From the NCBI GenBank assembly GCA_016185525.1, contig JACPNK010000005.1, positions 28,473 to 92,472 on the forward strand: a stretch of 64,000 nucleotides of DNA, given 5' to 3'. This DNA comes from Candidatus Yanofskybacteria bacterium. GTDB lineage: Bacteria > Patescibacteriota > Minisyncoccia > 2-02-FULL-40-12 > IGHO2-12-FULL-4. The position numbers and the translations under genes were made by a program. Shown here piece after piece: positions 1 through 9,099 of the stretch (within the stretch, counting starts at the first letter, position 1; each line of letters begins with the position of its first letter). Under the pieces are notes generated by a model. The model ran no database searches and was not told where the DNA came from. It saw nothing but the letters and a program-made list of their open reading frames with translations.

Positions 1-798
1 GTTTTCTGAAATTTCTAAAGCTAAAGCCAAACCGGTAGCCAAAGCTATGTTTTCGGTACCAGCTCTTAATCCCTTTTCTTGTGAACCGCCGAAAAGTAAA
101 GGAGTAAGCCCAACCTCGCTTTTTTTATAAAGACAACCGACACCTTTAGGCCCGTATATCTTAGCCCCGTTGAATGTCATCAAATCAACACCCAAAGCAT
201 GCGGTCTGATGTTTAAAAAGCCAGCCGCCTGACAAGAGTCCGTGTGAAAATAAGGTAAGTTTGTGTTGTTATTTTTACGCCACTCGTAAATTATTCGGCT
301 GATTTCTTTTATTGGCTGGATAGTGCCAATCTCATTGTTAGCTTGCATTATTGAAATTAAAATCGTACTTTTTGTGATTGCCTTTTTAACGCTTTCCGGA
401 TCAATTATTCCCTCTTTGCCTACCGGCAAATAAGTAATCTTAAAACCTTCTTGTTCCAGAACTTTGCAGGAATTTAAAACCGCCAAATGCTCAATCGCCG
501 AAACAATAATATGCCTGCCTTTATTTTTGTAAAAGCGGGCTGCACCCAAGATGGCTAAATTATCCGACTCAGTGCCTGAACTGGTAAAAAAAACTTCGCC
601 TGGTTTGACTCCCAAAACGCCGGCAACTTTTTTCCTCTCGTCTTCCATAACTTTTTTGGCGGCAGAACCAAAATTATGCACGGAAGAAGGATTGCCAAAA
701 AATTTAACAGATATACCAGAGACAATTTTGCTTACACGACGATCAACTGGCGTTGCCGCCGCATAGTCCAAATAAATTTTTGCATTGTTGATAGACAT
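1..798 (-). CDS. iscS: Cysteine desulfurase (IscS/NifS family), truncated by window edge
   Basis: Manual translation from ATG at 798: MSINNAKIYLDYAAATPVD...FGNPSSVH...FTSSGTESDNLAI...HTDSCQA...KIYGPKGVG; PLP aminotransferase class V motifs. Missing from the ORF track because it runs off the edge. Confidence 0.9.
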   Translation of the reverse strand, partial: MSINNAKIYLDYAAATPVDRRVSKIVSGISVKFFGNPSSVHNFGSAAKKVMEDERKKVAGVLGVKPGEVFFTSSGTESDNLAILGAARFYKNKGRHIIVSAIEHLAVLNSCKVLEQEGFKITYLPVGKEGIIDPESVKKAITKSTILISIMQANNEIGTIQPIKEISRIIYEWRKNNNTNLPYFHTDSCQAAGFLNIRPHALGVDLMTFNGAKIYGPKGVGCLYKKSEVGLTPLLFGGSQEKGLRAGTENIALATGLALALEISEN

Positions 799-849
799 AA
801 CAAAAGCCCTGCCAGGGCTATAAGACCTTAAAACAAATTGGGTTTTTGG

Positions 850-1215
850 TCAAAATCTTCTTTTGGGCCAAAAAAGCAGAGAAAGAAAACCGCCGATTAA
901 CCCCGCATCCCTTATGGTCACTTCGCTGAAACCTACGGTAAATAAAACAGCCGACAAAAACAAAACAGACAAAAAAGAAAAAAATCTCATCAGAAAACCG
1001 CTCAACAAACTGACTCCCACCAGGACCTCAAAAACACCATTCAAGTATATGAATTGCAAACCGCTAACACTAAACCGCTCTAAAAAACCAACAAACCATT
1101 GGGGAACCCAAGCATTCAGCCAATAGGATGGATGTATGAATTTATCTACTCCAAACCAGAGAAAAACCGCCGCCAAGCCTATCCGCAAAAACAAAAGAGA
1201 TTGTAAACTTGACAT
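850..1215 (-). CDS. DoxX-like membrane protein
   Basis: LRIGLAAVFLWFGVDKF...GVFEVLVGVSLLSG...IRDAGL pattern; 4 hydrophobic segments. Confidence 0.75.
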   Translation of the reverse strand: MSSLQSLLFLRIGLAAVFLWFGVDKFIHPSYWLNAWVPQWFVGFLERFSVSGLQFIYLNGVFEVLVGVSLLSGFLMRFFSFLSVLFLSAVLFTVGFSEVTIRDAGLIGGFLSLLFWPKRRF

Positions 1216-1237
1216 AGTTCTTAAAAAGTGATATAAT
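1209..1237 (+). promoter_or_regulatory. Consensus sigma70 promoter TTGACA-N17-TATAAT
   Basis: TTGACA 1209-1214, 17 nt spacer, TATAAT 1232-1237. Confidence 0.75.
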
Positions 1238-1243
1238 TATAAT

Positions 1244-1460
1244 ATTGGGATACTGCTGTGCTCGTTTTTTTGCCAGCTATCAAACTTGTAACCGCTTCGG
1301 CGAATTACAAATTGATTTAATAATTCATATTAAATCGCTTTTAATTAGCTGGCAAGATAAATCTGTTGATACTTCGGTAGAAACAGCAACCGGTGCCTGC
1401 GGTTTCCACAAGATTGAGTTTAAACTAAAAGTCCTGCAAATTATGCAGGACTTTTAGTTT
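1244..1460 (+). ncRNA. Candidate structured non-coding RNA (unidentified)
   Basis: Follows a perfect promoter; nested stems TGCTGT/ACAGCA, TTGCCAGCTA/TAGCTGGCAA, GATTTAATA/TATTAAATC and two cUUCGg hairpins; ends at a terminator-like hairpin. Confidence 0.55.
1422..1460. terminator. Hairpin overlapping tig 3' end (probable terminator for the + strand transcript)
   Basis: AAACTAAAAGTCCTGCA-aatta-TGCAGGACTTTTAGTTT, 17-bp perfect inverted repeat. Confidence 0.65.
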
Positions 1461-2739
1461 GATTCTTTAAATTCACCTTCTCTAAAAACTCAAATATTTT
1501 TTCGTGCAAAAGAGCATCCCCGGCTCTCTGTTTTATTTTCTCTATATCCGGACCTCGTTCATCGGAAACATTTGTTAAGTATCTGGCAATTAGGCCGTCA
1601 GCGGCTTCCCGTGCTTCCTGTTCACTGATTTTAATATTTTCTCTTTTACCTATTTCCCGCATAATCAAACCGCGCCTAATCTGTCCTTCGGCCTGCTCAT
1701 ACCAGCTTTTTTTGAGATCATCTCTGGTTTTTTTTACTTGAGCCAGATAAAGAGACAGTTCCATTCCCTGCTGGTGAAGGCTGTTGTCAAAATTGGCAAC
1801 CATAGCCTCAAGCTGTTCTTCTATCAATTTTGGGGGAACTAACATTTCCGATTTTTTGTCTACTTTGTCCAAGATATCCAAACGCAGCCTGTCTTTTTCT
1901 TTTTGTTCTTTCTCTGTTTTTAAAGCAGAGCGAATGCTGTTTTTAAGATCGTCGGAAGATTGAAAGTTGCCCAAAGTTTTAAGAAACTCGGTATTTAAAT
2001 CAGGCGTGGTTCCGACTTTAATTGACTTGACCATTACCTTAAAATCCAACATTTTGCCGGCTATTGTTTTCTGATAGTAATCGTCTGGAGATTTGAGAGA
2101 AAAGTTTTTCGTTTCGCCTTTTTTTAAACCAATCAAATTGTCCTCAAAGCCAGGAATAAAGCCGCCTTTCCCAAGCACTAAAGGATGATTTTCGCTTTTA
2201 CCGCCGTCAATCAACTTTCCGGCATCTGAAACTTCAAAATCAACTTCCAAGTGATGGCCGTTTTGAGCCGGCCCCTCGAACTCTTTAAAAACCGTGCGAG
2301 ATTCCAAAACCTTAGCCATGGTTTTTTCTACTTCTTCCTCCTCTACAAAAATATCTTTTTTTGAAACCTCCAGATTTTTGTACTCGCCCAACTTCACTTC
2401 GGGAAATAAAAGCAGTTTAATGGAGTACTTAACATGAGCCGGCGTGTTTTCTGTAACTTTTAAGTCGGAGGAGCTTATAATTTCCAAATTCTCTTTGCGC
2501 AAAGCATTGGCCAAACTATCGGTTACCGCAAACTCTAAAGCTTCCTCCAATATCTTCTGATCGCCTATGTTTTTCCTCAAAACATCAAAAGGTATTTTGC
2601 CGCTCCTAAATCCGTCAATCTGAACAACTCCCGAAAGTTTTTCTCCGGTTTTTTTTAGATAGTGTTTAAGATCTTCTTCGTCCAACTCAACCCAGAGTTC
2701 AGCTTCGGAATTTTTTAATTCTTTGATTTTTGTCAGCAT
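1441..2739 (-). CDS. tig: Trigger factor
   Basis: IDGFRSGKIP ribosome-binding motif, FKBP domain (LGKGGFIPGFEDNLIG), 432 aa. Confidence 0.95.
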   Translation of the reverse strand: MLTKIKELKNSEAELWVELDEEDLKHYLKKTGEKLSGVVQIDGFRSGKIPFDVLRKNIGDQKILEEALEFAVTDSLANALRKENLEIISSSDLKVTENTPAHVKYSIKLLLFPEVKLGEYKNLEVSKKDIFVEEEEVEKTMAKVLESRTVFKEFEGPAQNGHHLEVDFEVSDAGKLIDGGKSENHPLVLGKGGFIPGFEDNLIGLKKGETKNFSLKSPDDYYQKTIAGKMLDFKVMVKSIKVGTTPDLNTEFLKTLGNFQSSDDLKNSIRSALKTEKEQKEKDRLRLDILDKVDKKSEMLVPPKLIEEQLEAMVANFDNSLHQQGMELSLYLAQVKKTRDDLKKSWYEQAEGQIRRGLIMREIGKRENIKISEQEAREAADGLIARYLTNVSDERGPDIEKIKQRAGDALLHEKIFEFLEKVNLKNQTKSPA

Positions 2740-2752
2740 TTATTCCTTTGAT

Positions 2753-4006
2753 TTATTTTGTTTCTATCTCCGCATCGGCTCCGTTTACCGCAGGCTCGCC
2801 GCCTATTGCAGGCTCACTATCAGCGCTGGGACTTTCTAATTCTTCCGAAGAAATTTTTTCTTTGGGCGACCTCACATCTATTTTCCAACCGGTAAGTTTG
2901 GCGGCCAGTCTGACATTTTGGCCTTTTTTGCCTATCGCCAAAGAGAATTGATCGTCGCCGACCTCAACCAGAGCATGCTGCCTGTTTTTGTCCATGATTT
3001 TTACATCCAAAACTTTAGCCGGAGAAAGAGCATTGGCGATAAACTTAGCAGAATCGTCATTCCATTCAATAATATCAATCTTTTCCCCGGAAAGTTCATT
3101 AATAACAGTCTGAACACGCACCCCTTTTTGTCCAACCAGGGATCCGATCGGATCAATGCCTTCCTCTTTTGAAAGAACCGCTATCTTGGAACGGGAGCCC
3201 GCTTCTCTGGCAATTGATTTAATCTCCACACTGCCGGTTTCAATTTCAGGAACTTCAAACTCAAAAAGTTTGGCTATAAGCCTGGGATGGGAACGTGAGA
3301 GTAAAATAACCGGCCCTTTGTTGGTTTCTTCCACCCTAAGAATGTAGAATCTAAATCTCTGGTTTATTCTGTAGTTATCGTTTTCAATTTGTTCTGCCGG
3401 AATCAGCAGGCCATTTGTTTTACCCAAGTCCACGAAAACCATTGGACCCTCTCTTCTTTGAACAACACCGCTGATTATCTCGCCCTCTTTCTTTTTAAAC
3501 TCTTCAAAAATAACATCCCTTTCAATTTCTCTAAGTTTTTGGATTATAACCTGTTTTGCCGTTTGAGCGGCAATTCTGCCAAAATCGGTTTTAGTCTCCA
3601 AAACGGTAACCACCTCGTCGCCGACTTTAAGTTTTTTATTTATTTTCTTAGCCTCCTCCAAAAGAATATGCTTTTCGGGGCTATATTTTATTTTAAGCTC
3701 TTCACCGGCTTCCTGCTCCAGCCTTCTTTCAGAAACGTCTTTTTCTTCTTCCAACTTCAAGGGCAACGGTCCGGTAACATAGCCCTCTTCGTCAGCCCCC
3801 TCTATTACATATTTAATTTGAGTAATGCCAATATCGCCGGTTTCCGGATCAAGTTTTGCTCTGATAATCTGGCTTTTTTCTCCGTAGTCTTTCTTGTAAG
3901 CGGCGGCAATCGCCAGCTGTATGGTTTCTACGATTTTGTCTTTTGAAATGCCCTTCTCTTCGGCAATCTGGTGGATCGCCGACAGGAATTGTTTTGTGTC
4001 TAGCAT
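2753..4006 (-). CDS. nusA: Transcription termination/antitermination factor NusA
   Basis: FGRIAAQTAKQVIIQ, AREAGSRSKIAV, LAIGKKGQNVRLAAKLTGWKIDV. Confidence 0.97.
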   Translation of the reverse strand: MLDTKQFLSAIHQIAEEKGISKDKIVETIQLAIAAAYKKDYGEKSQIIRAKLDPETGDIGITQIKYVIEGADEEGYVTGPLPLKLEEEKDVSERRLEQEAGEELKIKYSPEKHILLEEAKKINKKLKVGDEVVTVLETKTDFGRIAAQTAKQVIIQKLREIERDVIFEEFKKKEGEIISGVVQRREGPMVFVDLGKTNGLLIPAEQIENDNYRINQRFRFYILRVEETNKGPVILLSRSHPRLIAKLFEFEVPEIETGSVEIKSIAREAGSRSKIAVLSKEEGIDPIGSLVGQKGVRVQTVINELSGEKIDIIEWNDDSAKFIANALSPAKVLDVKIMDKNRQHALVEVGDDQFSLAIGKKGQNVRLAAKLTGWKIDVRSPKEKISSEELESPSADSEPAIGGEPAVNGADAEIETK

Positions 4007-4161
4007 ATTAAATTATTATAGTTTATTTTAAAAAATAAAGCCCGCATTCTTAGCGGACATTTTTCTCTTATCTCAACTCAATGTAACCATTTTATTCCAA
4101 ATCCAAACAAATGTCAAGAAACAGTCGTTGTCCGGCTGTTAACGCCGATTCCCCCTGTTTG

Positions 4162-4170
4162 TTATCCACA
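4162..4170 (+). promoter_or_regulatory. Perfect DnaA box in the nusA/pilB divergent intergenic region
   Basis: TTATCCACA. Confidence 0.45.
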
Positions 4171-4249
4171 GAATTTCTATTGATAATATCTTGCGGTTCG
4201 CTAAGGTGAGGCAAGAGATGATATAATAAATCAGAGAGAAACTCTCACT

Positions 4250-5905
4250 ATGGTCAACCCCAAAACTCTTCCTCAAGAATTGGAAGAAAAACTAGGAGAA
4301 ATTGAAAAGGAAAGAATTGAACAACAGGCCAAAGACATTGCCAACAAGAACAATCTGGCCTACATAAACATCGCCACAAATCCAATTGACCCGGAAGCTC
4401 TAAGCTTGATTGAGGAAGAGGAGTCCAAAACCGCCCAAGCAGGCGTAATCTCAAAAGAAGGAAAAAAACTCAAGACGGTAGTTGTTGATCCAAAAAACCC
4501 AGAGACACAAAAATTGACGGACCGGCTTGCTAAAGAAGGCTTTTCCCTCAACTTGGGGGTGGTTTCTGTTTTGGGAATGCAGAAAGTTTGGAACAAATAT
4601 AAAGAATTGTCTAAGCAAACCGAGGAAAAAATCGGCACCATATCTATAGACACGGGCATCATTTCTGAAACTCAAAAAGAGATCAAAAATATCTCTGACT
4701 TAAAAGAAAAAATTGGCAGCATCTCAACCACCAACCTTTTGGAAATTCTTCTCGGCGGAGCGATAAAAGTTGAAGCCTCCGACATCCATATGGAGCCTGA
4801 AGAAAAAAGTATCAGACTGCGTTATCGCATTGACGGAGTTTTAAATGACGTTACTGAAATAAAATCAGAAAGCTACAACAAGATTCTTGCCAGAATAAAA
4901 ATAAATTCGGGCTTAAAATTGAACATTCACAACACGCCTCAAGACGGAAGATTTACAGTAAGTTTTAAAAACAAAGACATAGAAATACGCACATCAGTTT
5001 TACCGGGAGCTTATGGAGAAAATACGGTCATGAGAATTTTGGATCCGAAAACAATCAGACAAAATATTGAAGATTTGGGTATGACTCCGGAAAACTTCAC
5101 ATTAATAAAAAAACTTCTCCAAAAAACAACCGGCTCAATATTAACTACCGGCCCCACCGGTTCCGGCAAAACAACCACTCTTTACGCTTTTATCCGCCAC
5201 GTCAATGAACCCGGATTGAAGATTATAACCATTGAAGACCCCGTGGAGTATCATATAGAGGGCATATCTCAAACCCAGGTCAGTCCCGCTAAAGGCTATA
5301 CCTTCGCCAGCGGATTACGCTCAATAGTCAGACAAGACCCCGACGTGATCTTGGTTGGCGAGATACGCGACGGAGAAACAGCGGAAATAGCCATGCAGGC
5401 AGCTTTGACCGGCCACCTGGTTTTCTCAACACTTCATACAAACGATGCCGCCGGAGCAATCCCCCGCCTTATAGACCTGGGCATTAAACCAGTAATGATC
5501 GCCCCCGCCCTAAATGCCGTTCTTGCCCAGCGTTTAGTCAGAAAACTCTGTCCGGAGTGTAAAAAGAAAGACACCGTCTCAAAAGAAGAATATGAAAACA
5601 TTAAAGAGGCTTTCGCAGATTTAAGCGACAAAAACAAAATACCGAAAACAAAAGAAGATACCGAGATTTTTCGTCCCGGAAAATGCATAGCCTGCAATTT
5701 TACCGGATACAAAGGACGCATCGGCGTTTTTGAGATATTTTTGATTGATGATGAAATAGAAAGATTGATATTAAAGTCACCGGCCATTTCGGATGTAAAA
5801 GAAGCCGCATTAAAAAAGGGCATGATTACCATGCTTCAAGACGGCTACTTTAAGGTTTTAGAAGGTATAACGTCAATTGAAGAAGTGAGGAGAGTTTTGA
5901 GCTAA
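4250..5905 (+). CDS. pilB: Type IV pilus assembly / GspE-PilB family ATPase
   Basis: ASDIHMEP, Walker A GPTGSGKTT, TIEDPVEY, RQDPDVILVGEIRD, TGHLVFSTLHTN, tetracysteine CPEC...CIAC. Confidence 0.9.
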   Translation: MVNPKTLPQELEEKLGEIEKERIEQQAKDIANKNNLAYINIATNPIDPEALSLIEEEESKTAQAGVISKEGKKLKTVVVDPKNPETQKLTDRLAKEGFSLNLGVVSVLGMQKVWNKYKELSKQTEEKIGTISIDTGIISETQKEIKNISDLKEKIGSISTTNLLEILLGGAIKVEASDIHMEPEEKSIRLRYRIDGVLNDVTEIKSESYNKILARIKINSGLKLNIHNTPQDGRFTVSFKNKDIEIRTSVLPGAYGENTVMRILDPKTIRQNIEDLGMTPENFTLIKKLLQKTTGSILTTGPTGSGKTTTLYAFIRHVNEPGLKIITIEDPVEYHIEGISQTQVSPAKGYTFASGLRSIVRQDPDVILVGEIRDGETAEIAMQAALTGHLVFSTLHTNDAAGAIPRLIDLGIKPVMIAPALNAVLAQRLVRKLCPECKKKDTVSKEEYENIKEAFADLSDKNKIPKTKEDTEIFRPGKCIACNFTGYKGRIGVFEIFLIDDEIERLILKSPAISDVKEAALKKGMITMLQDGYFKVLEGITSIEEVRRVLS

Positions 5906-5909
5906 GCAA

Positions 5910-6205
5910 ACTAATTATTTGCCGATATTGCAATTTGCCGAGTTTTCACACTGTTAGCAAAGATAAACCAGAAGAGACTGTGCCAAAGGCGAAGTGTGTC
6001 AAAGACAAGTTCAATATCGGGATTGGGACGTTAAAAACTGCAACCTGTAGGCAAAGCCCGGATATTAAAAATATGCCGGGGCAAGATAACCCTGAGTAAT
6101 CCCCCAGTCGGAACCAGGACAAACATCATTAAATTATCCCAATAAATCACAGTCGTTAAAAAGGATTTATTTGCCTACAGATTGCAGCTTTTAAAGCCGG
6201 TAATC
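5910..6205 (-). ncRNA. Candidate ~300-nt structured RNA antisense to the pilB-ruvB junction
   Basis: 25-bp stem 6031-6055/6170-6194 whose two mismatches are G-U pairs only on the minus strand; second stem 5922-5930/6012-6020; minus-strand promoter immediately upstream. Confidence 0.55.
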
Positions 6206-6211
6206 TTCTAT

Positions 6212-6240
6212 ATTTTATACAAAATAAGTTACTATGTCAA
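6212..6240 (-). promoter_or_regulatory. sigma70 promoter TTGACA-N17-TAAAAT on minus strand
   Basis: -35 at 6240-6235 (overlaps ruvB start), -10 at 6217-6212. Confidence 0.65.
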
Positions 6241-7268
6241 ATCAAAAACCTTCTGACAAAAAACATGCCGATAACACCCAGGAAGATGAGAAATTTCTAG
6301 ATCTGGCCTTGAGGCCGACAAACTTCAACGACTATATCGGCCAAGACAAGGTAAAAAGAAACTTGTCAATCCTGATAAGCGCCGCCGGCAAAAGGAAGGA
6401 TCCGCTAGAACACATCCTAATACATGGGCCGTCGGGTCTGGGTAAAACCACTCTAGCCTATATTATCTCCCGACAAATGGGTTCCAGTTTACGCATAACT
6501 TCCGGCGCCACTTTGGAAAAAGCCGGTGATCTGGGTTCAATTTTGACCGGCCTAAACGAAGGTGATTTTCTTTTTATAGATGAGGCGCACAGACTTAATA
6601 AATTGGTAGAGGAAACTCTTTATCCGGCCATGGAAAACTACAAACTGGATATTATCATCGGCAAGGGCAACTCGGCTAAAACTCTCCAAATACAACTGCC
6701 AAAATTTACACTGATTGCGGCAACTACCAAAATTTCTTTGTTATCCAGCCCATTCCGCTCACGTTTCGGAGTAAACTATAAACTAGACTTTTACAATCAA
6801 GACGATATTGAAAAAATCTTAACCCGCTCTGCTAAACTGTTGAACATCCGAGCCGAGCCTGAAGCTTTGAAAATAATCGCCGCCGCTTCCCGTTTCACGC
6901 CAAGAACAGCCAACAAACTCCTGAAAAGAGCCCGTGACTATACGCAAAGCGAAAATAAGGAGGTCTTGACCGCAAATCTTGCCAGTCAGACTTTGGATTT
7001 ACTTGAGATAGACCACATCGGTCTGGAAGCCACCGATAAAAAAATATTAAGCTCTATCGCTAAGAATTTCAACGGCGGCCCGGTGGGATTAAAAACTATT
7101 GCCGCCCTAATCGCCGAAGACGAAAATACCATAGAGGATGTATATGAACCTTACTTGATGCAGATAGGTTTTTTAGCCAGAACCACGAGAGGCAGGGTCA
7201 TAACACAAGAAGGAGCCAAGCATATCGGCATAAAGCTAAGCAGTGAGACACAAAGCACATTGATCTAA
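6234..7268 (+). CDS. ruvB: Holliday junction branch migration helicase RuvB
   Basis: LRPTNFNDYIGQ, GPSGLGKTTLA, FIDEAHRL, GGPVGL, EPYLMQIGFLARTTRGR. Confidence 0.97.
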   Translation: MSNQKPSDKKHADNTQEDEKFLDLALRPTNFNDYIGQDKVKRNLSILISAAGKRKDPLEHILIHGPSGLGKTTLAYIISRQMGSSLRITSGATLEKAGDLGSILTGLNEGDFLFIDEAHRLNKLVEETLYPAMENYKLDIIIGKGNSAKTLQIQLPKFTLIAATTKISLLSSPFRSRFGVNYKLDFYNQDDIEKILTRSAKLLNIRAEPEALKIIAAASRFTPRTANKLLKRARDYTQSENKEVLTANLASQTLDLLEIDHIGLEATDKKILSSIAKNFNGGPVGLKTIAALIAEDENTIEDVYEPYLMQIGFLARTTRGRVITQEGAKHIGIKLSSETQSTLI

Positions 7269-7834
7269 TGAGTACAAAAATTTCAATTATTATCTTTTCT
7301 TGGTTAGCCGCCATCAGCGGCTTATTTTTATTTTCCAAAACACCGGAACAGATTACTGACCTTCCAAAAACCGCCGGTTTGATAACAGAAATTTCCGTCT
7401 CGCCGATCCCTACAACGACACCGACAAAGACTCCCGGAACAACAACGACCGTAGCTAAGACAATAAATCCGCCTGCTTCTCTGACAAGCGTAGCCACCCC
7501 AACCGCAACCGCTCTAAACACAACTACCTCCACTAACCCGACGCCAACAACCAACACAACAACATTCCTTACCACGACGACACAATTTTTTACCTCTACT
7601 CCCGCTCCCACGACAACATCGACTGTAACTCCTGAACAGTCGGCAAGAATAAACATCAACACGGCAAACAGCCAAGAGCTGGAGAAGATTACCGGTGTCG
7701 GCCCGGTTATAGCTCAACGCATTGTTGACTATAGAAAAGAAAAAGGAGCATTTCAAAAAATTGAAGATATTAAAAAGGTAAATGGCATTGGAGATATAAA
7801 ATTTGAAAAAATGAAAGATGAGATTACAATATAA
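7268..7834 (+). CDS. comEA: ComEA-like DNA-binding protein (N-terminal TM, Thr/Pro-rich linker, C-terminal HhH)
   Basis: ININTANSQELEKITGVGPVIAQRIVDYR...GAFQKIEDIKKVNGIG. Confidence 0.85.
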   Translation: MSTKISIIIFSWLAAISGLFLFSKTPEQITDLPKTAGLITEISVSPIPTTTPTKTPGTTTTVAKTINPPASLTSVATPTATALNTTTSTNPTPTTNTTTFLTTTTQFFTSTPAPTTTSTVTPEQSARININTANSQELEKITGVGPVIAQRIVDYRKEKGAFQKIEDIKKVNGIGDIKFEKMKDEITI

Positions 7835-7840
7835 AAATAT

Positions 7841-8377
7841 ATGAGCGGGCACTCAAAATGGAGTCAAATAAAAAGACAAAAGGGCGTTGCTGACCAAAAA
7901 AAGGGTCAGGTTTTTTCCAAGCTTTCAAAGTTTATCTCAATGGCCGCGCGTAAAGGAATTGATCCGGACAAAAATATTGAACTGAAAAACGCAATTGAAA
8001 AGGCCCGTTCTTTAAATATGCCAAAAGAAAGCATAGAAAGGTCTCTAAAGAGAGTGGGAGAAAAAGACCTAGCGCAACTTGAAGAACTTCTGGTTGAGGC
8101 GATTGGCCCCGAATCAGTAAACATAATTATCACCGCCGTTACTGACAATAAAAACCGGACTATCGGAGCGATAAAAAACATCCTCTCAAAATATGAGGCA
8201 AAAATGGCGCAATCAGGTTCGGTCATGTGGGCTTTTGAGAAAAACGGTTCTGGCTTTACCGCAAAGTACCCGACTTCAATTAAAAACCAAAACACTAAAG
8301 ACAAACTGGATAAATTGTTTGAGGAACTAGATAGCAACGAAGACGTTCAAGAAATATATGATAATATTGGGAATTGA
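7841..8377 (+). CDS. yebC: YebC/PmpR family protein (short form)
   Basis: MSGHSKWSQIKRQKG N-terminus, TDNKNRT, EDVQEIYDN C-terminus; next to ruvC. Confidence 0.9.
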   Translation: MSGHSKWSQIKRQKGVADQKKGQVFSKLSKFISMAARKGIDPDKNIELKNAIEKARSLNMPKESIERSLKRVGEKDLAQLEELLVEAIGPESVNIIITAVTDNKNRTIGAIKNILSKYEAKMAQSGSVMWAFEKNGSGFTAKYPTSIKNQNTKDKLDKLFEELDSNEDVQEIYDNIGN

Positions 8378-8837
8378 CCCCGGAACCACAGTCATAGGCT
8401 ATGGTTTAGTAGAAACCGGAGCAAAAGGTTTGTTTTGTCTTGATTATGGAGTCTTTAGAGTTCAAGCCGGAACTGAATCAAATAATCGTATTACTTCTGT
8501 TTACGACTTTTTTGAAAAACTCATAAAAAAATATCAGCCGGACAAAGCCGGCATTGAAAAACTCTTCTTCTTTAAAAATGCCAAAACTATAACCAGGGTC
8601 AGTGAAACAAAAGGGGTTATACTTTTGGCTTTACAAAAACTTGGAGTAGAAGTGAGTGAGTTTACGCCCTTGCAAATCAAACAAGCTGTTTCCAACTATG
8701 GCCGGGCTGACAAGAAACAAGTTCAGAAAATCATCAGTTTGATTCTGGGACTAAAAGAAATACCTCAGCCCGACGACGCCGCTGATGCCTTGGCTACGGC
8801 AATCTGCTGTGCCAATACCACGAAATGGAACTCTTGA
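8358..8837 (+). CDS. ruvC: Holliday junction resolvase RuvC
   Basis: ILGIDPG, EKLFFFKN, YGRADKKQVQ, PDDAADALATAIC. Confidence 0.96.
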   Translation: MIILGIDPGTTVIGYGLVETGAKGLFCLDYGVFRVQAGTESNNRITSVYDFFEKLIKKYQPDKAGIEKLFFFKNAKTITRVSETKGVILLALQKLGVEVSEFTPLQIKQAVSNYGRADKKQVQKIISLILGLKEIPQPDDAADALATAICCANTTKWNS

Positions 8838-8903
8838 CTTATTTCTTTGCCCGCATATAATGTCCGAAGGTCGTATACGGCTATATTTATTAATAAAATT
8901 AAA

Positions 8904-9053
8904 ATGATTACAAACACATGGAAGTTGGATGAAGACAGCAACTTTGTCCAAGACCCTATAGAAGAAGACGACTTGGAAAGCGACGACTTGGAAGACGACA
9001 AGGAGACTAAAGACCCGGAAAAGGAAGAAGTGACAGAAGATGCCCTCAACTAA
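8904..9053 (+). CDS. Small, very acidic hypothetical protein (49 aa)
   Basis: ATG at 8904; upstream TTGACT-N16-TATAAT (8834-8861) and terminator right after the stop. Confidence 0.55.
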   Translation: MITNTWKLDEDSNFVQDPIEEDDLESDDLEDDKETKDPEKEEVTEDALN

Positions 9054-9099
9054 ATAAATAACCCGGCACTTTCTTAGAAAGTGCCGGGTTATTTATTTA
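9051..9099. terminator. Bidirectional intrinsic terminator
   Basis: 23-bp perfect inverted repeat TAAATAAATAACCCGGCACTTTC-tta-GAAAGTGCCGGGTTATTTATTTA between convergent genes. Confidence 0.8.

Noticed and set aside
1245-1457. 70-aa TTG-start ORF
   Set aside because: No recognisable motif; RNA structure signals explain the region better
7400-7630. ACA/ACG-rich stretch as a DNA repeat element
   Set aside because: Explained by the Thr/Pro linker of ComEA
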